Shown: positions 1 to 7,178, counted from the stretch's first letter. The stretch is DNA of 10,146 bases from Pseudobdellovibrionaceae bacterium (GCA_041288045.1 JBGGMM010000001.1:1-10146); one strand, 5' to 3'. The notes: generated from the letters alone by a model not told the origin. Translations and numbers: made by a program.

Positions 1-99
1 ATGATCAATCGAGTGGGTCGGGAGAGCACGGTGTGTTTTGAGATCCTCAATGTCATCTTCAATGGCAGAGTGAATTTTCTTGATTGTTCTCGTGGCCAT
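1..99 (-). CDS. Probable pirin-family protein, N-terminal 33 aa (continues beyond the window start)
   Basis: Not in the ORF track. ATG at 99 (-), with GGAGG RBS at 110-106. Translates MATRTIKKIHSAIEDDIEDLKTHRALPTHSIDH, open to the window edge. Resembles the N-terminus of pirin-family proteins (RTIKKIH...DL.T.RALP...ID). The diagnostic HPHRG motif lies outside the window. Confidence 0.7.
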   Translation of the reverse strand, partial: MATRTIKKIHSAIEDDIEDLKTHRALPTHSIDH

Positions 100-126
100 G
101 GAAAACCTCCTGCATGGATCTTGAGC

Positions 127-1026
127 CTAAAGGTTTGGCCTTGGCAGATCCATGTTGGGTAAGATCATCGGATGCCGCGGATGAATACTTTCCACTTTTT
201 CAGCTTTTTGAAAAAATTCCAGCTCAAGAGCGTCATGAGCTGAGAAAATATGCACTTGTTGTCCTTGAGTTTGCAGCAGTTGGCGCAGCTTTCTTTGATT
301 CATCAAGCGCGATTTTCGATCTTGGTCCATCATGGTCTGATAAAATCGCAGGCCAGGGGTGCAGTACGGGTTTTTGGGATTCATTTCTTCGCGAAAAAAA
401 TAGGCATCACCGGCATGCAAGAGCCAACCTTGATCGGTCTGAACTGCGACTCCCGAATGTCCCCACGTATGTCCAACCAATGGAATCAATAGAATTTCGG
501 GTGGAAGCCCTTTCAAATCGCGCACGCTTTCAAAGCCAAACCATCTTTCACCTTCAGAAAAATAAGTCTGCCACTTTTTAACATCACCCCATTGTTCCGG
601 CGAAAACCGATTTCGATCCAGCCAACTTTGCGGTTGAGAGGCCGCATTGAGCTCAGCTTTCAGAACATGCACTTGAGCCTGGGGAAAATCGCTGATGCCG
701 CCAGCGTGATCAAAATCCAGATGAGTCAAAACAATATGCCTCACGTCCTCCTGGTTGAAGCCCAAGCGCTGAATTTGCCGAAGTGCGGTTCTTTCAGGTT
801 CTAGTTGCACTCGATTGAGGCGGCGAAAATAGGGACTGAATCTTTTTTCGGGATAAAGAATATCTTTGGTGCCAAAGCCCGTATCGACCAGAACAAGACC
901 TTCGTTGGTTTCAATCGCCAAGCAGTGGCAGACAAGATGTGAGCTGAGGCCATGGCTGAAACCGTCCCAGAATCGTCCCCCCAAGGGGCACATGCTTCCA
1001 CAATTCAAATGATGGATGCGCAACAT
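127..1026 (-). CDS. MBL-fold metallo-hydrolase (HxDxDH variant), 299 aa
   Basis: Motifs LVLVDTGFG, THLDFDHAGG, GHTWGH, HAGDAY and SAHD. AAGGAG RBS just upstream of the ATG. No signal peptide. Confidence 0.92.
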   Translation of the reverse strand: MLRIHHLNCGSMCPLGGRFWDGFSHGLSSHLVCHCLAIETNEGLVLVDTGFGTKDILYPEKRFSPYFRRLNRVQLEPERTALRQIQRLGFNQEDVRHIVLTHLDFDHAGGISDFPQAQVHVLKAELNAASQPQSWLDRNRFSPEQWGDVKKWQTYFSEGERWFGFESVRDLKGLPPEILLIPLVGHTWGHSGVAVQTDQGWLLHAGDAYFFREEMNPKNPYCTPGLRFYQTMMDQDRKSRLMNQRKLRQLLQTQGQQVHIFSAHDALELEFFQKAEKVESIHPRHPMILPNMDLPRPNL

Positions 1027-1180
1027 AGAAGCTCCTTTCGTGTCATCAGCCCAACTTCAGTCGACATTCGTCTTTGGGACAAGACGCATTTGCCTTGTTT
1101 ATTGGCAAGAAAAACGTCCCCATTTTTGGGGAACAAATCCCTTTTCCATTTTCCATTTTTAATGTGCCGTCACTGGAATA

Positions 1181-1196
1181 TGGCACTGGCATTGCA
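1181..1196 (+). promoter_or_regulatory. sigma54 (RpoN) -24/-12 promoter
   Basis: TGGCAC-TGGCA-TTGCA matches consensus TGGCAC-N5-TTGCW with exact GG-N10-GC spacing. It is intergenic, correctly oriented, and about 50 nt before the ATG at 1249 (RBS AAGGAG 1237-1242). Confidence 0.8.
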
Positions 1197-1248
1197 AAAT
1201 TAAAAACTGCATGAATGATCTCTCAACCACGAACAAAAGGAGATTCAT

Positions 1249-1869
1249 ATGAAAAAGATGTTCATTGCACTGGCGACGTTGCTGCTCACAGGAACAGCCT
1301 TCGCTCAGGACAGTACAGAGAAGGCAACAGCTGAAAGTCGAAGCACAGCCAATCAATACTCAACCTCCACCTCCGAAGCTGGCTGGTTTCCGTCTGTTGG
1401 CGTTGACTTCGGTCATATGGATCAAACAGGAAACGCCGATGAAGATGGTGAGGGTGTTTCAGTGAAAGCTGTGGGGACCTATTATTTCCCCAACTCGGCA
1501 TGGCTGGCAGATGCGGGCCTTGGTATTCACAAGCAGTACTTTGAAGATAGCGACAATCCAGTTGTTGGCTTGATCAGTTTTTCAGGTCGATATCAATTTC
1601 CTCGTCGTTTCTCTGTGGGACCTGTGTTTGATAGTTTCCTCGGAACTGGCGATGAATACGGATCTTCGAATGACTACCTGGCAATGATTGGGTTGGTCGG
1701 GATGAAAGAAGTCGCATTTGCCAATGACTCCTTGGGCCGATTCGGATTGAAATACTCCACCGAATTTGGAATTGAAGATCAAAGCAACGACTACTTGGGT
1801 TTAGTTTTTGAATGGGGAATTGGCTCTCAGAACACTCTCGTTCGACAAGCGACAGCGATGAATGAATAA
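1249..1869 (+). CDS. Exported protein, predicted 8-stranded outer-membrane beta-barrel, 206 aa
   Basis: Sec signal peptide MKKMFIALATLLLTGTAFA|QD. Eight alternating amphipathic segments: SVGVDFGHM, VSVKAVGTYYF, WLADAGLGIHKQYF, VGLISFSGRYQF, FSVGPVFDSF, LAMIGLVGMKEVAF, GRFGLKYSTEF, YLGLVFEWGI. Acidic loops and a strong RBS. Confidence 0.75.
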   Translation: MKKMFIALATLLLTGTAFAQDSTEKATAESRSTANQYSTSTSEAGWFPSVGVDFGHMDQTGNADEDGEGVSVKAVGTYYFPNSAWLADAGLGIHKQYFEDSDNPVVGLISFSGRYQFPRRFSVGPVFDSFLGTGDEYGSSNDYLAMIGLVGMKEVAFANDSLGRFGLKYSTEFGIEDQSNDYLGLVFEWGIGSQNTLVRQATAMNE

Positions 1870-2911
1870 ACAGACGGAACTCTCTCTTGGCTCCGCTCAT
1901 CCTCAAGATGAGCGGAGTTTTTTATTGCCACCGCGACTTTACAACTCAGCTGGAGAAATCCGCAAAGTTGGGTTTGAAATTGAATTCGGTGGATTGAGTC
2001 TTGAGGAAACAGCCAAGATCATTCTCAGCCTTTACGATGGGACCCTGGAAAGGAAACACAATTTTGCGTTCAAGGTGAAAGGAACACAGTTTGGAGATTT
2101 TCACCTCGAATCGGATTCCCGGTTTCTTTCCCAAAAGAAATACAGCGCTTATTTAGAAAAAATGGGTGTCGCACCAGAATCAGCTTTGACGGACAATGTG
2201 GAAAAATTTCTGGATAAGCTGGCGGGCACTTTGTTGCCATTTGAAATCGCCATGCCTCCGATCCCCATCAATCAATTGCAAGCGGCTGAACGAATCCGAG
2301 AACGGCTATTTGAAAATTCAGCTCTTGGCACATCCTCATCGATTTTTGCGGCATTTGGAATGCAATTCAATCCTGAAGTGCCTGACGAAAATCCCCAGAC
2401 GATTCTTGGATACCTGAGAGCCTTTTTCCTTCTTTACGATTGGCTGGTAGAAGAATCTGAAATCGCAATTGCTCGCAGAATTGCCCCTTATATCAATCCA
2501 TTTCCTCAAGAGTACATGGATCTGGTCCTCAATCCGCTCTATCAACCTGATATGAGAAATCTCATTTTGGATTATTTGGATTTCAATCCTACGCGCAACC
2601 GGCCTTTGGATCTTCTGACACTTTTCACCTACCTCAACCGGGATTTGGTCTTTCGTTTCCCAGTGGAAAGACACTTGATCAAAGCGCGTCCGACTTTTCA
2701 TTATCGTCTGCCAAACAGTGAAATCGATGATCCTCATTGGAGCTTTGCCAAAGAGTGGAACAAATGGGTCTTCGTTGAAGAGCTCGCCGCCGACCCTGTG
2801 AAGTCCTTGCGTATGAGTTATGATTATTTCGAGTTTCACAGTCCCAGCCGGATTTTCCAGAAAGGTCCCTGGGTTTCAAAAACTCGCGAGTGGATCGATG
2901 CCAAAGCATAG
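1862..2911 (+). CDS. Putative amidoligase (COOH-NH2 ligase, glutamine-synthetase/GCS fold; Amidoligase_2-like), 349 aa
   Basis: RKVGFEIEFGG (ExE), PFEIAMPPI, AFGMQFNPE, NPTRNRPLDL, IKARPTFHYRLPNS and EWNKWV are typical of this family. The start overlaps the upstream gene by 8 nt. Confidence 0.85.
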   Translation: MNKQTELSLGSAHPQDERSFLLPPRLYNSAGEIRKVGFEIEFGGLSLEETAKIILSLYDGTLERKHNFAFKVKGTQFGDFHLESDSRFLSQKKYSAYLEKMGVAPESALTDNVEKFLDKLAGTLLPFEIAMPPIPINQLQAAERIRERLFENSALGTSSSIFAAFGMQFNPEVPDENPQTILGYLRAFFLLYDWLVEESEIAIARRIAPYINPFPQEYMDLVLNPLYQPDMRNLILDYLDFNPTRNRPLDLLTLFTYLNRDLVFRFPVERHLIKARPTFHYRLPNSEIDDPHWSFAKEWNKWVFVEELAADPVKSLRMSYDYFEFHSPSRIFQKGPWVSKTREWIDAKA

Positions 2912-3719
2912 GCCCTTGATCGGTGTCACAAGTCCCAGTCGAAGCTCTTTACCTTCTTGGTATTTCATCCGAATCATCATCTGGTGGGCGGGAGGTCGAA
3001 GTGTTCGTATCCGTCCCGATTCACCTTTGCCAAAGAAAAATTTAGACGGTCTGATTCTCGGTGGAGGAGCGGACATTGATCCAACCCGATACAAAGAGAA
3101 AGTTCTTCCGGCGCTCCAACAAGTTTCAAAAGAAGTTCCAAGCAAGAACTGGAGATTTTTTTATTTTGTTTTCATTTGGCTTTTTCGAAAACTTCTCAGT
3201 CTTGAATTCACCACTCAAAAAGAGGACAAGCAAAGAGACGAGCTTGAGTTTCATATCCTCAGATTGGCAGTGGAAAAGCAAATTCCAGTCTTAGGGATTT
3301 GTCGGGGAGCTCAGCTCTTGAACGTCTTTTTTGGTGGGTCGCTTTACCAGGAAATTGCCGAGTTCTATACGGAGCAACCCTACCTCAACACAGTTTTGCC
3401 AAAATCGACCATTTTGGTGAAAACTGACAGTCGTTTGCATTCAATTCTGAAAAAGAAGCTCACACGGGTGAATTCACTTCATCATCAGTCCGTCAAAACT
3501 CTCGGCCAAAATTTAAAGATTGCAGCGCAGGAACCCAATGGAGTGGTCGAAGCAATTGAACATCCTGATTTCCCTTTTTTGATCGGAGTTCAATGGCATC
3601 CAGAATTTTTAATTCCCTACCGCGCCCAAAGAAGGATTTTCAAAGAGCTTGTTGAAGCCTCTCGAAAATCCCAATCTGTCTGTTTGGTCAATGTTTCTGA
3701 CGATCCGGTGAGCGCGTAA
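2898..3719 (+). CDS. Class-I glutamine amidotransferase / gamma-glutamyl-gamma-aminobutyrate hydrolase family (peptidase C26), 273 aa
   Basis: Motifs RPLIGVT, DGLILGGGADIDP, LGICRGAQ (catalytic Cys), VNSLHHQSV and GVQWHPE (His/Glu). Start reassigned from 2820 to ATG 2898 (MPKHRPLIGVT), which overlaps the ligase gene by 14 nt. Confidence 0.92.
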   Translation: MPKHRPLIGVTSPSRSSLPSWYFIRIIIWWAGGRSVRIRPDSPLPKKNLDGLILGGGADIDPTRYKEKVLPALQQVSKEVPSKNWRFFYFVFIWLFRKLLSLEFTTQKEDKQRDELEFHILRLAVEKQIPVLGICRGAQLLNVFFGGSLYQEIAEFYTEQPYLNTVLPKSTILVKTDSRLHSILKKKLTRVNSLHHQSVKTLGQNLKIAAQEPNGVVEAIEHPDFPFLIGVQWHPEFLIPYRAQRRIFKELVEASRKSQSVCLVNVSDDPVSA

Positions 3720-4236
3720 CCCATGATCGACCGGCACCTATATCTGTGTAACCACCAGTTGAATGTCCGCGTGGATTTTCTCGGTGACCTGGCTGATTTT
3801 CTCTTTCAGCTCTGTGATCCACTTTGTGATCGGGATCGCGGTTCGGATGGTGACGTTTTGCCATGTCCTCATCGGTTTTCATTTCAACTTCTTCAAGTCC
3901 TCCGGGAGTGTCTTTGAAAGAAGCGCCGATTTCGCTGCGTGGGCTGTCCTCATCAGCTTGGCTGGGAAGCCCTCGGATCGAGGCGTCCATAGCGCTGGCT
4001 GCGCGGTCCATCTGTTCCACCACGTCGACTTCGCCTCTCATGAAATCCGCAGGTTCATCTTCCAGGGATTCAAGAGAATTGCTGATGGCGCCCATGTTTT
4101 CATCTTTTGTGAGTGCATCACCGAGGGCTGTCTGGTCTTGATCCGTGAGAATGCCAGTTTCATCTCTTCGATTTTCGCTGATCTCTGCTCCTCCAGGCTG
4201 TGTAAAGCCGGGATTTGGATTCGTATCTGGACACAT
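3688..4236 (-). CDS. Hypothetical acidic, probably intrinsically disordered protein, 182 aa
   Basis: Strong RBS (AAGGAGGT) before the ATG. Starts 21 nt downstream of the DUF4112 stop. D/E/G/P-rich with a His/Arg-rich C-terminal part. The 3' end overlaps the C26 gene by 32 nt. Confidence 0.8.
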   Translation of the reverse strand: MCPDTNPNPGFTQPGGAEISENRRDETGILTDQDQTALGDALTKDENMGAISNSLESLEDEPADFMRGEVDVVEQMDRAASAMDASIRGLPSQADEDSPRSEIGASFKDTPGGLEEVEMKTDEDMAKRHHPNRDPDHKVDHRAERENQPGHRENPRGHSTGGYTDIGAGRSWVTRSPDRQKH

Positions 4237-4257
4237 AGAAACCTCCTTGTGAGAAAA

Positions 4258-4764
4258 TCACCAAGCTGTTTGAAAGACACCCCACATCCACCTTGCGAGG
4301 TAAAAAGTCAGAACACCGATCAGAATCAAAGCTGCTGCCATCAGGACAAGCGTCGCCATTACGACAGTTCGTGAAGCTCTGGTAACATGGACTGGTTGTC
4401 GAATATAGTTTTCAAGTAAAGCCACATTCTTGTTGTTGGCTTTCCACATAAAATCAAAAAGATTGCCGATCAGTGGAATTGTATCGACCACGTTATCAAT
4501 GAGAAGGTTCAACCCCATTCGCAAGACGACTGAAAGGGGGCAGCCCAACAGAGCTGCTTTGTAGAGGATATAGAAAGAAACCAAATTGGTGAAAAGATCT
4601 CCTACGCCGGGGATCAGTCCTAAAAGCCCATCCCAACCAATTTTCCAGCCGAATGGGAGATGGTATTTAGAGTCGAGGAAATCAGAAATTTTGCGCAATT
4701 CACGCAAAGCTTCTTGCTCATCAGCAACGGATAGAAATCGAGAGTCTTGCATGACCTGAGGCAT
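4258..4764 (-). CDS. DUF4112 domain membrane protein, 168 aa
   Basis: Motifs LDSKYHLP, IGWDGLLGLIPGVGD, RMGLNLLID and IPLIGNLFDFMWKANNKNVALL, plus a C-terminal TM helix. Start placed at ATG 4764 (GGAGGA RBS 4773-4768) rather than 4788. Confidence 0.88.
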   Translation of the reverse strand: MPQVMQDSRFLSVADEQEALRELRKISDFLDSKYHLPFGWKIGWDGLLGLIPGVGDLFTNLVSFYILYKAALLGCPLSVVLRMGLNLLIDNVVDTIPLIGNLFDFMWKANNKNVALLENYIRQPVHVTRASRTVVMATLVLMAAALILIGVLTFYLARWMWGVFQTAW

Positions 4765-4788
4765 ATGTCCTCCTGCCCTCAAAAGCAA

Positions 4789-4804
4789 TGCAAAAAGGGT
4801 TCCT
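4789..4804 (-). promoter_or_regulatory. Candidate sigma54 promoter for the DUF4112 / acidic-protein unit
   Basis: Minus strand reads AGGAAC-CCTTT-TTGCA (GG-N10-GC, perfect TTGCA). The predicted start site near 4778 falls just before the RBS. Confidence 0.55.
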
Positions 4805-4829
4805 TGAGAGCCAAGGAAAACCTGTGATT

Positions 4830-4845
4830 TGGAATGAACTTCGCA
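4830..4845 (+). promoter_or_regulatory. Candidate sigma54 promoter for the small secreted protein
   Basis: TGGAAT-GAACT-TCGCA (GG-N10-GC), intergenic and correctly oriented, but with several mismatches to consensus. Confidence 0.4.
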
Positions 4846-4926
4846 ATGACTTCATGTAGAGGTCAGAGGTGGGACAAAAAGACACATTTGAAAATGAAAA
4901 CGCTGAACTTTTTCACAAAGGAGTGA

Positions 4927-5202
4927 ATGATGAAAAAAGCAATGATCATGATGGCTGGAATTTTTTTGGCGGGTTCTCTTTCTTTCGCAGAAACTGCAAA
5001 GGAAAAATCGGATACCGAGGTCAAAACGACGACAAACCCTATCACGGGAAGTGAAACGACAACCAAGAAAACGAAAAAGAAAATGAAAACCGCTTCTGGA
5101 GAGAAAAGTGAAATGGAAGTCACTGATAAAACTAAAAAAACCAAAGACGGGCAAGTCAAACAGTCCGTTGAGGTCGATGCAGATTCAACTTCCAACGAGT
5201 AA
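4927..5202 (+). CDS. Small secreted Lys/Thr/Glu-rich hypothetical protein, 91 aa
   Basis: AAGGAG RBS. Signal peptide MMKKAMIMMAGIFLAGSLSFA|ET. Very hydrophilic mature part. The start could be ATG 4927 or 4930. Confidence 0.85.
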   Translation: MMKKAMIMMAGIFLAGSLSFAETAKEKSDTEVKTTTNPITGSETTTKKTKKKMKTASGEKSEMEVTDKTKKTKDGQVKQSVEVDADSTSNE

Positions 5203-5204
5203 TT

Positions 5205-7163
5205 CTAAATCCCACTAGGCCAGGTTTCTGGCAGATCTTTTCGGTCCATCTCAGTCGTGATTGGTTTCAGGGCTGAGGTGCGATCGACAAAGACAAATGC
5301 GTCATAGCGGTTGGCCAATGAGGTGGGGACATAATTATGCCCGGTTTTTTCATAATGGCTTTCATAGACGACGCCAATCGCTCGATGACCTTGGGTTTTA
5401 TTAAGCAAAGTCGCTTTGCTGCGATTGAAAGTCACAAAAAAGCGATCGGCAGACAGTCTTTCGGCGACCTGGTGAAAATCACTTTCATAAGATCCTGATT
5501 TGGCATCGGGGATTTTCATCACTTCGGCCGAAGCTCCCCATGCTTTCCCAGCTAAAACTTCGCCACTATGAGTGCCAAAACCAACTAGAAAAACATTGTC
5601 CATTCCATATTTTTCTCGAGCCAATCCACCAAGATTGATGTAGCCGGCTTTCAGCATGTCTGTGGCATGATAGTCACCAATATGAGTGTTATGGGCCCAG
5701 ACCACGGCTTTGCTGCCTTCGCCATGTTGATGAAGAAGAGCATCCAAAGTCTGCAACATGTGCTCATCGCGAATATTCCAGGATTCTTCGCTGCCTTCGA
5801 TCATCGACCGATAGTATTTTTCAGCATTCGTGATGATCTGTGCATTTCTTTGGGCATTGAACAGATCCGGAGCATCCACGTCTGTCTGCTCGAGCCGAAG
5901 CCGAAGCAGTTTTCGCAAGCTTGCAAGAACCTCATCCTGGCAGCCATGCGGCCACTGGACCAGAGCTTTAGCATACGCTTTTTCATTGCGCTCAAAGGGA
6001 TCAAAGCAGGAATAAGCTCTTAAAAGGTCCTCTTGCAATTCAGGGGACAGGTCACGGGCGAATTTTTTGACTGCATCGATGGATTCAAATAATGAGTAGA
6101 CATCCAAGCCATAAAAATTTCCCTTTTGATTGAGTCGCATCCACTGAATCAGTTTTTCAGTCTCTTCATTGGCCCACATCCAAGTCGGCCAGCGATGAAA
6201 GGATTCCATCACTTTGCGTGCACTTCCGCCATCGCCGGATTGAATGTAGCGATTGAGCTTCCAGCAATCGGGCCAGTCGCCCTCAACGGCAATGAATTGG
6301 AAACCGTGATCTTCAATCAGCTTTTGTGAAATCAAACGACGCAGTTGATAGAACTCGAGAGTGCCGTGCGTGGACTCACCCAGCATCACAACCCGGCATT
6401 GGCTCATTTTTTTCAAAAGCTGTGAGAGATGAGAAGGTTGTCGCAGAGGAACTGCGGTTTTCATCACTTCTTTGACGATCGGATTTTTAATGGGTTCAGG
6501 GGTCGGGATTTCCGGTTGATTGATTCGATCCAGGACTTCGGCCACTTGACGATCCGTCACTTTTTCGAATTGGCCGTAAAATTCGCTGACTGAGCGAAAA
6601 TTTTCAGGTGCCATCAAATAAATCAAGCTATCCACGGATTTAGAAATTTTTTCGATCGCTGCAGGATGACCTACCGGAATGGCGACAATGATTTTTTGTG
6701 GTCCTCTTTTTTTAAGAAAATCGAGCGCGGCTTTTAATGTGGACCCAGTTGCAAGACCGTCATCGATTAAAACCACAGTCTGATCTTTGAGATCGATGAC
6801 TCTTGAATCCACTTTCCATAAATGTCGCTGACGACTGATGGACTGCCTGGCTTTCACGACGGCGCGGTCCAAATCGGCTTTTGCAGGTTTTTGACTGAGA
6901 TTTTTCAGATCCTGCCAAATTGGCTTTCCGTCTTCGACGATGGCGCCCATGGCAACTTCGGGATTTCCGGGAATTGGGATTCTTTTGACCAAAAGAAGAT
7001 TTAAATTCTGTTGGAGGGCTTTGGCGATGGGCTCTGCCACCGGCACCCCTCCGCGGGGAAGAGCAAAAAGAATGGGATTTTCAAGCGAGAGGCCTTTGAT
7101 TTTTTCTGCAAGGAATTCTCCAGCTTGGCGACGATTTTCCAGTTGAGCGATGACAGCTTCCAT
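5205..7163 (-). CDS. Phosphoribosyltransferase + erythromycin-esterase-family fusion protein, about 652 aa
   Basis: N-domain: NRRQAG, ALPRGGVPVA, PEVAMGAI, VLIDDGLATGST (PRPP-binding loop). C-domain: LGESTHGT, EGDWPD, FHRWPTWMWAN, WNIRDEHM, WAHNTHIGD, HRAIGVVY, RYDAFVFVD, PETWPSG. Start placed at ATG 7163 because recognisable family sequence begins just after it; the ORF extends to 7271. Confidence 0.9.
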   Translation of the reverse strand: MEAVIAQLENRRQAGEFLAEKIKGLSLENPILFALPRGGVPVAEPIAKALQQNLNLLLVKRIPIPGNPEVAMGAIVEDGKPIWQDLKNLSQKPAKADLDRAVVKARQSISRQRHLWKVDSRVIDLKDQTVVLIDDGLATGSTLKAALDFLKKRGPQKIIVAIPVGHPAAIEKISKSVDSLIYLMAPENFRSVSEFYGQFEKVTDRQVAEVLDRINQPEIPTPEPIKNPIVKEVMKTAVPLRQPSHLSQLLKKMSQCRVVMLGESTHGTLEFYQLRRLISQKLIEDHGFQFIAVEGDWPDCWKLNRYIQSGDGGSARKVMESFHRWPTWMWANEETEKLIQWMRLNQKGNFYGLDVYSLFESIDAVKKFARDLSPELQEDLLRAYSCFDPFERNEKAYAKALVQWPHGCQDEVLASLRKLLRLRLEQTDVDAPDLFNAQRNAQIITNAEKYYRSMIEGSEESWNIRDEHMLQTLDALLHQHGEGSKAVVWAHNTHIGDYHATDMLKAGYINLGGLAREKYGMDNVFLVGFGTHSGEVLAGKAWGASAEVMKIPDAKSGSYESDFHQVAERLSADRFFVTFNRSKATLLNKTQGHRAIGVVYESHYEKTGHNYVPTSLANRYDAFVFVDRTSALKPITTEMDRKDLPETWPSGI

Positions 7164-7178
7164 AATTTTCTTGTACAC

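Noticed and set aside
84..581. 165-aa plus-strand ORF and other short ORFs opposite the MBL gene
   Set aside because: Antisense shadows of a well-supported gene, with no recognisable motifs.
1153..1169. Minus-strand CGGCAC as a possible sigma54 -24 box for the MBL gene
   Set aside because: No GC at the -12 position (reads CGGCAC-ATTAA-AAATG).
2820..2897. Upstream extension of the C26 ORF
   Set aside because: It lies within the ligase gene, and recognisable family sequence begins after ATG 2898.
3763..4374. 203-aa hydrophobic plus-strand ORF
   Set aside because: Antisense to the acidic-protein and DUF4112 genes. Its hydrophobicity is the expected mirror of D/E/K codons, and the minus-strand gene has the strong RBS.
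4863..5195. 110-aa hydrophobic minus-strand ORF resembling a membrane protein
   Set aside because: Mirror of the Lys/Thr-rich plus-strand gene, which has an RBS and a signal peptide.
1858..5202. Both exported proteins end in -NE (C-terminal Glu), suggesting Pup-like tags for the GS-fold ligase
   Set aside because: Neither has a GGE/GGQ end, both carry signal peptides while the ligase has none, and the barrel's MNE end is constrained by its overlap with the next start codon.
127..7163. Antibiotic-resistance island (metallo-beta-lactamase plus erythromycin esterase)
   Set aside because: These are superfamily names only. The MBL lacks a signal peptide and has a variant motif, the esterase is a PRTase fusion type, and no mobility genes are present.
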